A stretch of 64,000 nt of DNA from the NCBI GenBank assembly GCA_019661945.1, contig JAIFWI010000002.1, positions 763 through 64,762 on the forward strand, in the 5' to 3' direction. Position numbers and translations under genes: made by a program. The notes under the pieces are model-generated. The model was not told the DNA's origin and ran no database searches. It worked only from the letters and a program-made list of their open reading frames with translations. This document shows positions 21,617-29,842 of the stretch, in pieces. Each line of letters begins with the position of its first letter. Within the stretch, counting starts at the first letter, position 1. The stretch comes from Candidatus Parcubacteria bacterium. GTDB taxonomy: Bacteria; Patescibacteriota; Minisyncoccia; Phycocordibacterales; JAKAEA01.

Positions 21617-22345
21617 ATGGGAGAACCAATACCAGGACCAAGAAGAGATGATGTAGATGATGATAGAGGAGCTGCTGCGCCTCCGCCGGCAAAAAAAGAA
21701 GAGTCCATATGGACTGTAGAGGTTGTTGGAGTTGCCATAATACTCGGGCTTTCTTTCCTCACCTATATTGGCCAGTCGAGCATTGTCAGACGATTGAATG
21801 ACGAGGATTTTTCGTTCACTGAACTTTTTTCAAACCCATCTTCTTGGCTTCCTGAATGGTTAGTAGCTATAGTCCTGCGATTTTCTATCATTTATACAAC
21901 CCTTGTTACGGTATTGTCCCTATTTTTCTTAGTGGTTATTGTGTATTCGCTTACCCGTTGGCGATATTGGGAAGTTGAATGGCAGAAACTTCTCTATCCA
22001 AGTCCAGATGAGGCCGAAAAACCATCTGTTAAAAATGAAAAATGGCAGCGTGTCGAAGAACATGTGAGCTCTGATAGTCCGAGTGATTGGCGGTTGGCCA
22101 TTCTTGAAGCTGATATCATCTTGGACGAATTGTTAGATAATCTTGGATACATTGGAGATACTATCGGCGATAAATTGAAAAAAGTTACTAAGGGTGATTT
22201 CCAGACGCTTGATAGTGCCTGGGAGGCCCATAAAATTCGTAATGCCATTGCTCATGAAGGTCAGGACTTTGTCTTGACTCAGCGTGAAGCTCAAAGAGTC
22301 ATTGGTTTATATAAACAAGTGTTTCAGGAATTTGACTACGTCTAA
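21617..22345 (+). CDS. Membrane-anchored protein with a C-terminal HEPN-like motif (Rx4H)
   Basis: 242 aa; two hydrophobic segments; C-terminal AHKIRNAIAHEG; aagggaa RBS. Confidence 0.4.
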   Translation: MGEPIPGPRRDDVDDDRGAAAPPPAKKEESIWTVEVVGVAIILGLSFLTYIGQSSIVRRLNDEDFSFTELFSNPSSWLPEWLVAIVLRFSIIYTTLVTVLSLFFLVVIVYSLTRWRYWEVEWQKLLYPSPDEAEKPSVKNEKWQRVEEHVSSDSPSDWRLAILEADIILDELLDNLGYIGDTIGDKLKKVTKGDFQTLDSAWEAHKIRNAIAHEGQDFVLTQREAQRVIGLYKQVFQEFDYV

Positions 22346-22370
22346 CTTTTACGATACATTCTATAAGCAC

Positions 22371-22441
22371 CGGGGCTTGGTGGAACGGTACCACGGGAGG
22401 CTCATAACCTCCAAAACCAGGTTCAACTCCTGGAGCCCCAA
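22371..22441 (+). tRNA. Candidate tRNA-Met(CAT) with C1:A72 mismatch (initiator-like), 71 nt
   Basis: Manual cloverleaf: D-stem GTGG/CCAC; anticodon stem GGAGG/CCTCC with loop CTCATAA; T-arm CCAGG TTCAACT CCTGG; acceptor CGGGGCT/AGCCCCA. Confidence 0.5.
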
Positions 22442-22469
22442 CAACGTAATACAAAAATAGAGGAACGAG

Positions 22470-22507
22470 AAAGGCCGGACTGCGTTTTGATAAACAGTCC
22501 GGCCTTT
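22470..22507. terminator. Strong bidirectional hairpin (13-bp stem aaaggccggactg / cagtccggccttt)
   Basis: Read directly; A-tract before and T-tract after. Confidence 0.5.
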
Positions 22508-22529
22508 GAGTTGTGCACTGACCTGACGA

Positions 22530-22778
22530 TCAGAAGTTGGGCTTCCGGCTCCGGCCCATGCTAAGCCTGAGCGGCGTGATGTGCGGGATGCGCCGGCAGC
22601 TCTCGCTGTCGCGCTTACGGTAGTCAGCCCTGAGTTTGCCGGCGAACATCGGTGGCGGGTCGATCTTGACGATGCCCGGCTCGACGATCTGTGCGGTCGG
22701 TTCGCTCATCAGCTCGTGCCTGGACCTCGGCATCAAGTCGCTTCTGATCTGTCCGCACCACGGGGTGGTTCTGGGCAT
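22530..22778 (-). CDS. Small hypothetical protein in a GC-rich island
   Basis: 82 aa ORF with a GAGGAG RBS about 7 nt upstream; overlapping plus-strand ORF 22581-22877 is an alternative. Confidence 0.3.
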   Translation of the reverse strand: MPRTTPWCGQIRSDLMPRSRHELMSEPTAQIVEPGIVKIDPPPMFAGKLRADYRKRDSESCRRIPHITPLRLSMGRSRKPNF

Positions 22779-22918
22779 ACAGTGCTCCTCGAGAGGGTAG
22801 AGGTGAAGTGTTTGCGGGCTTTCCTTATCCCGCGCTGTCGCTATTATATCATATATAATCTATATGTCAAGGAATGATTTTACCATACCAATGATGTGTG
22901 ATATAGTGATTTTTGCAT

Positions 22919-22991
22919 GTCGGAGTAGCTCAGTTGGTAGAGCACAGGACTCATAAGCCTGGGGTCGTGGGTTCGATCCCCACCTCCGACA
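22919..22991 (+). tRNA. tRNA-Met(CAT), elongator-type (or tRNA-Ile2 if lysidine-modified)
   Basis: GTCGGAG acceptor, D-arm GCTCAGTTGGTAGAGC, anticodon loop CTCATAA, T-arm GTGGGTTCGATCCCCAC. Confidence 0.8.
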
Positions 22992-23046
22992 CAATCAAAT
23001 TTTTTGTTTGCTGAATAGTGAAAAATCTGATAGATTTTACGTACTT

Positions 23047-23120
23047 GCGGCCATAGCTCAACTGGTTAGAGCACTCGCCTGTCACGCGAGAGGTTGCCGG
23101 TTCAAGTCCGGTTGGCCGCG
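23047..23120 (+). tRNA. tRNA-Asp(GTC)
   Basis: GCGGCCA acceptor, anticodon loop CTGTCAC, T-arm GCCGGTTCAAGTCCGGT. Confidence 0.9.
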
Positions 23121-23228
23121 CATATAGCTGAGCTTAGATTTAGAGCCCTCAAAAATATGAGGGTCTTAGGGACGTAGAACTGGGTATAAGATATTAGTAT
23201 TTAAACTCTGCTGTGAGACAATTATCTG

Positions 23229-23645
23229 ATGAGGAAGATTATTTCGAATATTGCTATTCTTTGTTTGCCTTTGGGAATGATGGGGTACTATCTCTGGCAT
23301 TTAATAAATTTAGAGATAATAAATCCAAAGCGATACTCAAATGGACAAAAATATACATCGTATCGTTCGGAAATATTTGCCGAGTTATTAGCATACTCAC
23401 TGATCATTCTAGCTTTTATAGTTGGTCAGTATATTACTAAAAGATTTTCAAATAAAATTGGTTATTTGAATGTGATGATTTTATCATCTGTTGTTTACTT
23501 AGGTATATTTCTTAGTGGGTTTCTATTGTTTGAGCAATATACCTCTATTGATGACTTAACTCTAGGGCTTGCTGGGGGAGTATACTTTTTAGTTAATTTG
23601 ATATTTTCCCATCAAACCTACAAAGAGCTAAGTGGGAAAGTATAG
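23229..23645 (+). CDS. Hypothetical membrane protein
   Basis: 138 aa, 4 hydrophobic segments, very AT-rich. Confidence 0.5.
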   Translation: MRKIISNIAILCLPLGMMGYYLWHLINLEIINPKRYSNGQKYTSYRSEIFAELLAYSLIILAFIVGQYITKRFSNKIGYLNVMILSSVVYLGIFLSGFLLFEQYTSIDDLTLGLAGGVYFLVNLIFSHQTYKELSGKV

Positions 23646-23794
23646 ATCGCAATTAATAACCACAGTTCCAACATCATTCACGAGGGCGCCCAACATTACA
23701 ACAGAATTCGGCTTTACTCAAGTGTGTAATTTCTTCGGCTCTGTATCGTCGCTAGCTATGTGTCGAAATTATTCATTTTTATGAATAGGACATT

Positions 23795-24058
23795 ATGAAT
23801 ATCATATTATGGCTTATTTTCGGAGCACTCGTTGGCTGGATTGCATCTATGATCATGGGTACCAATGCTGAGCAAGGTGCAGTTATGAACGTTATTGTCG
23901 GCATTGTCGGCGCTGTGCTTGGCGGATGGCTCTTCAGTCTCTTCGGTGGACAAGGAGTCGAAGGTTTCAACTTGTATAGCTTCCTCGTAGCTCTTGTTGG
24001 AGCAGTCGTACTTCTTGGCCTTTGGAGGGCTCTGCGGCGAACATCTGCCCGCGTTTAA
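23795..24058 (+). CDS. GlsB/YeaQ/YmgE family stress membrane protein
   Basis: 87 aa; LIFGALVGWIASMIMG...GIVGAVLGGWLF typical of PF04226. Confidence 0.8.
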   Translation: MNIILWLIFGALVGWIASMIMGTNAEQGAVMNVIVGIVGAVLGGWLFSLFGGQGVEGFNLYSFLVALVGAVVLLGLWRALRRTSARV

Positions 24059-24085
24059 AAGCATCTCCACGAAGCTTCGATACAG

Positions 24086-24110
24086 AAACCCCATTCAGGG
24101 GTTTTTGTTT
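24086..24110 (+). terminator. Rho-independent terminator (aaacccc attca ggggttttt)
   Basis: Read directly. Confidence 0.6.
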
Positions 24111-24114
24111 GCTC

Positions 24115-24732
24115 TTATTTATATAAATACACCGTGAAGTCATCATCGAGATAGTCTTCAATAATCTTTATATTCGAGCAAAATGTTTTACAGAATTTTT
24201 TAATTTCCTGAGGTCTGTATGTCGCAAATACACTATTATCAACATGCCGTTTAGCATCGAGCATATTAAATGCCAAAGCTTTTGATGCGTGGGTGTACAT
24301 TTTTTTAATCAAAGCGTAATAGTGGGCAATATGATTTTCTATTTTAAAACTTAAGACTCCCGAGGCTAGAATATAATCATACGACTTTTTCAGATCCTCT
24401 ATACTCTCGAGTGTAAACCGGGCTTCGGGAAAACGCTCGCGGGCACGGTTGATAAACTCCGTCATAATATCAATACCGGAATATTTTACGTCTATATTAT
24501 TTTCCAAAAAGAATGTATATAAATCTCCCAAGCCACAGCCGACATCGAGAACACTATGGCCATTCAAATCAGCCACGGCAGAGAGTATTTGAAACCGTTT
24601 CTGTTGGTTATAGCGGCTAGCCCAATGGACACTTCGGGCATCGTCCAATCCAAAATCGGCAATAGATTGCCGGTAAAACGTGCTTATACGTTCTTGATCG
24701 TTCTGGGACAGTGACATAGCTCTTCTATACAT
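24115..24732 (-). CDS. Class I SAM-dependent methyltransferase
   Basis: Motif I VLDVGCGLGDL. Confidence 0.75.
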   Translation of the reverse strand: MYRRAMSLSQNDQERISTFYRQSIADFGLDDARSVHWASRYNQQKRFQILSAVADLNGHSVLDVGCGLGDLYTFFLENNIDVKYSGIDIMTEFINRARERFPEARFTLESIEDLKKSYDYILASGVLSFKIENHIAHYYALIKKMYTHASKALAFNMLDAKRHVDNSVFATYRPQEIKKFCKTFCSNIKIIEDYLDDDFTVYLYK

Positions 24733-24764
24733 GGTATACTATTATACAAAGTAATGATAAATCT

Positions 24765-25034
24765 ATGAACGAAAAAGAACAATATATTGCTCTTATTAAT
24801 GAAATTATTCAAAAACAATCTCTCATTCTCGGACCACAAATTGCAGTTCTCAAAGCTCGAGGAGTATCCGGTATTACAGTCACTGATGAAGGCAAAGTTA
24901 CAGACATTAGCGTAGATCCTGCAGAAGCATTGCAGCAACTCATTGATCATTACGTAGAACTATCAGGCCAGATTGTAAGGAATGCTATGGACTCTGTTTT
25001 TGCTAAGTATCCTTCAATTAATCTCAAAAAATAA
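24765..25034 (+). CDS. Hypothetical protein
   Basis: 89 aa ORF; no recognisable motif. Confidence 0.4.
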   Translation: MNEKEQYIALINEIIQKQSLILGPQIAVLKARGVSGITVTDEGKVTDISVDPAEALQQLIDHYVELSGQIVRNAMDSVFAKYPSINLKK

Positions 25035-25035
25035 T

Positions 25036-25353
25036 ATGAACCCACTCGAATATATACATGTGCTGCTCGATATCGTCCTCTTAGTAGCTTTGATTTGGAT
25101 GGTGAGTGTAGCCTTGAAGGGTGTTGGTGGCATCATTGGTAGTGCCATTAACCTCATGACCATCGGTGTTCTTATTCTTGGTCTCGATCACATTTCTCGC
25201 CGATTACCAATTGAATATTTCCAATGGGATGGTGCCAATGGTGAGCTAATCCACCGAATTATTGCTTTGATAGGATTCTTTTTACTTGGATTTGGTTTTC
25301 GAAAAATTCGAATTATGACTATGAATATTCAAGCCCAGGTTAAACAAAAATAA
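25036..25353 (+). CDS. Hypothetical small membrane protein
   Basis: Start chosen immediately after the upstream stop; 3 hydrophobic segments. Confidence 0.45.
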   Translation: MNPLEYIHVLLDIVLLVALIWMVSVALKGVGGIIGSAINLMTIGVLILGLDHISRRLPIEYFQWDGANGELIHRIIALIGFFLLGFGFRKIRIMTMNIQAQVKQK

Positions 25354-25370
25354 ATGCAGCCGCAGGGTAT

Positions 25371-27137
25371 ATGTCCACTATTATTTATATTCTCATAGCG
25401 CTCGGCGGAATACTCTCTGCACTCTACTCTGTTTGGAGAAATCGAGGAGTAAAAGCAGATCTAAAGAAAAAAGAAGAAGATATGAGCAAGCGGATGTACG
25501 AGCTTGCCATTTTAAAAGACCTTGGAGACCGAATTGGTTATTCACTTAATGTAAAGGAGATTGTCGATGTTATTACAAGTTCTTTACATCAATTTATAGA
25601 CTACTCTGCTGTATCATATATGCTTCTCGAACCGGAGAAGATTATTTTCAAGGTGCATCTCGAAAAATCAGTCCATCGTCAATTTATTGTTGAAGTTCGC
25701 GACCGAATGCTCGGTGCCTTAGGTGCTTTGCTTGATCGTGAGCTTAATAAAAATACTGTCGAGGAAATTCTTTCCGGATCAATTCTCAACCGAGAGGGCC
25801 TTGAACCAGTTCGCTCGTTTTTCAACATTCCGGTCGTCATTGGCGGTCGGGTAGTAGCTATGATCACAGTGGCCGATACAAAAGTCGGACTTTATAAAGA
25901 AGAGGAAATGACTATTTTGTATAAAATTACTCAGCAAGCTTCAAATGCTGTTAGTCGATTGCAGGCAGTCGTCCAGACAGAACAAGCAAAATTGAATGCT
26001 ATGGTGGCCAGTATGCAGGATGGTGTTGTTATGACCGATACCGAATATCGTATTGTGGTCATCAATCCTGCCGCAAAAAAAGTCATTGGAGTAGCCCATG
26101 ATAAAGATGTCACCATTTTTGATTTCATTGATAATATGGGAGGGAAGATTGATATTCGGGGCCGGCTCGAAGAGAGTGTTACATTACAAAAACCATTTGT
26201 TTCGGATCGAGTTCTGGTCCGAGACCATTTCTTCCAGGTTTTTATTTTTCCCGTGCTATCTGATGATGAGATTCCAGCATTGCGCCGAGTGATTGGTGGA
26301 GCTGTCATCATACGTGACGTCACGCATGAATTTGAGCTTGAGCGAGTCAGGGAAGACTTCATGTCGATGATTGTGCATGAATTGCGTACACCGCTTGATG
26401 CTATTAAAAAAATGAGTGAAGTGTTAAAGCAGCCGGCTACTCGCGTCAAAAAAGTTACTCCGGACAACAATAAAGAATATGTCCAGCTCATTTATCAGAA
26501 CTCTTCAGAAATGCTCGAACTTGTAAGCGATATTTTGGATTTGGCAAAACTCGAAGCCGGTAAATTTGAAATTGTGCCGGTCTCGGCTGATTTCGGAGAA
26601 ACAATTGCCAATCGAGTTCAATTCTTTAATATTTCGGCTCGTGATGCCGGTATTGCACTAAAAGCTGAAGTCTCTAAAGATATACCAAAGGCAGCTTTGT
26701 TTGACCCTGAAGCAATTAAACAGGTGCTCAATAACCTTATGTCCAATGCCTTGAAATTCACCAAACAAGGCGGATCGGTGACGGTAGCAGCATTCCGTCA
26801 TGAGCCCGGACAAAGCCTTGTTTCAGAGCTAGCCAAACTCAGTCTGCGTTTCCCGGCTCATTTTCCTGATGAAAGTTTGGCATCGCTACCGGCCTCGCTT
26901 GTTGGTGTTGTTATTGATACTGGCGTTGGTGTTCCAGAGGATATGCAGGGAAAGCTCTTTAATAAGTTCAAGCAATTGAAAAATAAAACAGTCACAACCT
27001 CAATCCGAGGTACCGGTTTGGGCTTGGCTATTGCCAAGGGTATTGTTGAGGAGCATAAAGGTAAAATCGGAGTAGTATCACAAGTAGATGTTGGTAGCGC
27101 TTTCTACTTTGTGATACCATTACAGGAAGTCCATTAA
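25371..27137 (+). CDS. Sensor histidine kinase (TM, GAF-like, PAS-like, HisKA, HATPase with insert)
   Basis: H-box HELRTPL; N, G1, G2 boxes (NLMSNALKFT, DTGVGVP, GTGLGLAIAK). Confidence 0.85.
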   Translation: MSTIIYILIALGGILSALYSVWRNRGVKADLKKKEEDMSKRMYELAILKDLGDRIGYSLNVKEIVDVITSSLHQFIDYSAVSYMLLEPEKIIFKVHLEKSVHRQFIVEVRDRMLGALGALLDRELNKNTVEEILSGSILNREGLEPVRSFFNIPVVIGGRVVAMITVADTKVGLYKEEEMTILYKITQQASNAVSRLQAVVQTEQAKLNAMVASMQDGVVMTDTEYRIVVINPAAKKVIGVAHDKDVTIFDFIDNMGGKIDIRGRLEESVTLQKPFVSDRVLVRDHFFQVFIFPVLSDDEIPALRRVIGGAVIIRDVTHEFELERVREDFMSMIVHELRTPLDAIKKMSEVLKQPATRVKKVTPDNNKEYVQLIYQNSSEMLELVSDILDLAKLEAGKFEIVPVSADFGETIANRVQFFNISARDAGIALKAEVSKDIPKAALFDPEAIKQVLNNLMSNALKFTKQGGSVTVAAFRHEPGQSLVSELAKLSLRFPAHFPDESLASLPASLVGVVIDTGVGVPEDMQGKLFNKFKQLKNKTVTTSIRGTGLGLAIAKGIVEEHKGKIGVVSQVDVGSAFYFVIPLQEVH

Positions 27138-27146
27138 TCAAAATTC

Positions 27147-27524
27147 ATGAAAAAAATACTTATAATTGACGACGAACCCCTTTTCTGCAAAGTAGTCCGC
27201 GAAGGTCTTGATACCGCAAAATATGAAGTGTCTGAAGCTGTTGACGGTGTTGATGGCCTGAAAAAAGTTGAAGAAGTAAATCCTGATCTCATTCTTCTTG
27301 ATATTATGATGCCCAATCTTGACGGTATGGGCTTTTTGAAACAGCTCAATGAAAAATATGGCAAAGGCAAAATTCCGGTTATCATTACCTCAAATCTTTC
27401 GACTATCACCAAGATCAGTGAGGGCCTAGCTCTTGGTGTCAAAGGCTATATCATCAAATCAAATGAGAGCATTGAGACTATTGCTCGAACGATTGACTCG
27501 ATTCTAGAACAAAAACCTGCTTAA
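27147..27524 (+). CDS. Stand-alone response regulator receiver
   Basis: LIIDDEP...LLDIMMPNLDG...K. Confidence 0.85.
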   Translation: MKKILIIDDEPLFCKVVREGLDTAKYEVSEAVDGVDGLKKVEEVNPDLILLDIMMPNLDGMGFLKQLNEKYGKGKIPVIITSNLSTITKISEGLALGVKGYIIKSNESIETIARTIDSILEQKPA

Positions 27525-27601
27525 GGTAGGTCATTGAATTTCCTCTCTTTATATATTAGTATCTTAGACTAAGCCGTTAGGGTTTAGTGTATGCCGATGT
27601 A

Positions 27602-27640
27602 CCCGCCCGAACGGACCGAGTCCGCTCGGTACGGGCGGGG
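27602..27640. other. GC-rich nested hairpin (cccgcccg...cgggcggg enclosing accgag/ctcggt) upstream of the GIY-YIG gene
   Basis: Read directly; no T-tract. Confidence 0.4.
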
Positions 27641-27663
27641 CTCAGGGGAGCACGTGATTATAT

Positions 27664-27909
27664 ATGTTTACTGTATACGTCTTACGGGATTCAGAAGGTA
27701 AGTTATACAAAGGGGTAACTAATAATTTATCCCGACGACTTAATGAGCATAAGAATGGTCATACACGCTCTACTAGATATATGGATGATATCAATGTAGT
27801 TTATACTGAAGAGTATCCTGATTGGGAGGTCGCAAGAAAACGAGAAGTATATTTCAAAAGTGCGGCGGGTAGAAGATTTTTAAAGAAAGTAATAAATTTG
27901 CCGATGTAG
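27664..27909 (+). CDS. Small GIY-YIG nuclease family protein (YhbQ-like)
   Basis: 81 aa; VYVLRDSEGKLYKGVTNNLSRRLNEHK GIY-YIG core; stop codon lies inside tRNA-Thr. Confidence 0.8.
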   Translation: MFTVYVLRDSEGKLYKGVTNNLSRRLNEHKNGHTRSTRYMDDINVVYTEEYPDWEVARKREVYFKSAAGRRFLKKVINLPM

Positions 27910-27972
27910 CTCAGTTGGTAGAGCACGTCATTGGTAATGACGAGGTCTCCGGTTCAATCCCGGACATCGGCT
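27900..27972 (+). tRNA. tRNA-Thr(GGT)
   Basis: GCCGATG acceptor, anticodon loop TTGGTAA, T-arm TCCGGTTCAATCCCGGA. Confidence 0.9.
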
Positions 27973-28021
27973 CCGATTCTTTTTTTGCCAAAAGGTTATA
28001 AATTCACTATGATGGCAGTAC

Positions 28022-28094
28022 GCCAGTGTAGCTCAGTTGGTAGAGCACCGCTTTCGTAAAGCGGGGGTCGCCGGTTCGATCCTGGCCACTGGCT
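28022..28094 (+). tRNA. tRNA-Thr(CGT)
   Basis: GCCAGTG acceptor, anticodon loop TTCGTAA, T-arm GCCGGTTCGATCCTGGC. Confidence 0.9.
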
Positions 28095-28195
28095 CAGTTT
28101 CCGCCATAGGCGGACCAGCCTATGGCTGGGGATAGAGCACCGCTTTTCCGCCTGAGGCGGAGGGGTCCGCAGTTCGATCCTGCGAGGTGGCTCTA
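28095..28195 (+). other. Degenerate tRNA-like element. It has a D-loop-like GGATAGAGCAC and a canonical T-arm plus 3' acceptor strand (CGCAGTTCGATCCTGCG AGGTGGC), but no pairing 5' acceptor strand or anticodon arm. Several mutually exclusive GC hairpins precede it.
   Basis: Manual folding attempts failed to give a cloverleaf; hairpins ccgcc-ata-ggcgg, ccagcc-tat-ggctgg, gccatagg...cctatggc, ccgcc-tga-ggcgg. Confidence 0.3.
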
Positions 28196-28208
28196 GTATA
28201 ATTATTGT

Positions 28209-29084
28209 ATGGACAAAGAAGCGCTAGAGATGCAAATTAAGACTATTGAGGACCAGATGGCCCAGGCGGATTTTTGGAATGATAAAGATAAGGCTCAAGC
28301 GGCAATTCGTGAGCTTCAGGAATTAAAAGAAAAACGCGAAGGAGCAGGCAAGTATGACAAGGGTAATGCCGTCATGAGTATTCTCTCCGGCGCCGGCGGT
28401 GATGATGCTGAAGATTTTTCCAATATTCTCTTTGAAATGTATCGAAAGTTCGTCGCAAAAAAAGGCTGGCAGGCAAGTATTGTTCACGAAAACAAAAATG
28501 ATCATGGTGGATATCGAAACATTACGTTTGAAATAATTGGCAAGGGTACCTACGGGACCTTGAGAAACGAGTCAGGCGTGCATCGCTTAGTGCGCATTTC
28601 TCCCTTTAATGCCAAGCAAATGCGCCACACCTCTTTTTCATTAGTGGAAGTTATTCCAAAATTTGAAAAAGTTTTAGAGACCGACATTCCACCTGATCAG
28701 GTAAGAGTTGAACTTTCAAAAGCAGGCGGCCCAGGCGGACAGAATGTGAATAAGCGAGAAACGGCGGTGCGTTTGGTTCATATTCCAACTAATATTTCCG
28801 TTCACGTCGCCTCAGAACGCTCACAAGCCCAGAATAAAGAGAAAGCCTTTGCCCTTTTGAAAGGTAAATTATTTAAAAAAGAAGAAGAAGATCAAAAGAA
28901 AAAAGCAGCAGGCATGGCCGTGAGTTCCACGACAGATATCGAATGGGGCAGTCAGATCCGCTCATATGTCTTCCACCCCTATAAAATGGTTAAAGATCAT
29001 CGAACCAATGTTGAGGTTCATAATGTGGATAAGGTTCTCGATGGCGATTTGGATGAGTTTATCGAAGCTGAAAAAGAGCTCTAA
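28209..29084 (+). CDS. prfB: Peptide chain release factor 2, N-terminally short, no frameshift site
   Basis: SPF and GGQ motifs; 291 aa; alignment begins near E. coli RF2 residue 26. Confidence 0.85.
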   Translation: MDKEALEMQIKTIEDQMAQADFWNDKDKAQAAIRELQELKEKREGAGKYDKGNAVMSILSGAGGDDAEDFSNILFEMYRKFVAKKGWQASIVHENKNDHGGYRNITFEIIGKGTYGTLRNESGVHRLVRISPFNAKQMRHTSFSLVEVIPKFEKVLETDIPPDQVRVELSKAGGPGGQNVNKRETAVRLVHIPTNISVHVASERSQAQNKEKAFALLKGKLFKKEEEDQKKKAAGMAVSSTTDIEWGSQIRSYVFHPYKMVKDHRTNVEVHNVDKVLDGDLDEFIEAEKEL

Positions 29085-29152
29085 ATAATGCTGAGGGAGT
29101 AATTCTCAGGGGTTGCAATCTTTTCGTAAGATACTACAATAGGTAAGGCCAT

Positions 29153-29833
29153 ATGATTTACTTTGATCAGGTTTCAAAAATTTATCCAGACAATTCAATT
29201 GCCCTTGATGATGTGAGCTTTACCATAGAGCCCAATGAATTTGTCTCGGTGGTAGGCCACTCAGGGGCAGGCAAGACCACCCTTCTCAAGATGATCCTCG
29301 CAGAAGAAAAGCCCACCGAAGGGGCCGTTTATTTTCAGTCTACCAACATTCATGAACTTCGCCGAAATGAAATGAATTATTTCCGGCGTAAAATTGGCAC
29401 CATTTTCCAAGATTTCCGCCTTTTGCCCAATAAAACTGCCTACGAGAATATTGCCTTCGCTATGGAAGTAGCCGGCAAGACCGATGAGGAGATTGAATCC
29501 GATGTGCCGCATGTCTTGGAACTTGTTGATCTTGGTAAGAAGATGTGGAGTTTCCCGCATCAGCTCTCAGGTGGAGAAAAGCAAAGAGTGGCCATTGCCC
29601 GGGCTATTGTCAATCATCCGGACATTATTATTGCCGACGAGCCGACCGGAAATCTTGACCCGATTAATACCTACGAAATTGTCCAGATTTTGAAAAAGAT
29701 TAATGACTTAGGCACAACCGTAATTCTCACGACCCACAATAAAGGTGTGGTAGATGTAGTGAATAAGCGGGTCATTACCATCGAGAGCGGCAAAATTATT
29801 CGCGACGATAAAGAGGGCAAATACGTTTTGTAA
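29153..29833 (+). CDS. ftsE: Cell division ABC ATPase FtsE
   Basis: Walker A GHSGAGKTT, signature LSGGEKQR, Walker B IIIADEP. Confidence 0.9.
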   Translation: MIYFDQVSKIYPDNSIALDDVSFTIEPNEFVSVVGHSGAGKTTLLKMILAEEKPTEGAVYFQSTNIHELRRNEMNYFRRKIGTIFQDFRLLPNKTAYENIAFAMEVAGKTDEEIESDVPHVLELVDLGKKMWSFPHQLSGGEKQRVAIARAIVNHPDIIIADEPTGNLDPINTYEIVQILKKINDLGTTVILTTHNKGVVDVVNKRVITIESGKIIRDDKEGKYVL

Positions 29834-29842
29834 ATTAAATTT

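Noticed and set aside
22445-22900. GC-rich segment as RNase P RNA, tmRNA or 6S RNA
   Set aside because: No P4-like GGAAAGUCCGG, no tmRNA tag ORF or terminal tRNA-like domain, and no other known ncRNA signature recognised; left as a GC-rich island with a candidate small ORF
23144-23166. Hairpin agccctc..gagggtct after tRNA-Asp as a terminator
   Set aside because: No T-tract follows; it may be only a processing or structural element
25679-26491. Minus-strand ORFs inside the histidine kinase gene, 39369-40662 inside purH, and 45428-45972 inside the GC-rich membrane gene
   Set aside because: They are antisense or alternative-frame ORFs within well-supported genes; GC-rich or low-complexity translation
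28095-28208. Programmed +1 frameshift leader ORF for prfB
   Set aside because: I translated the upstream -1 frame: it has no Met, is interrupted by TAG, and the region is tRNA-like
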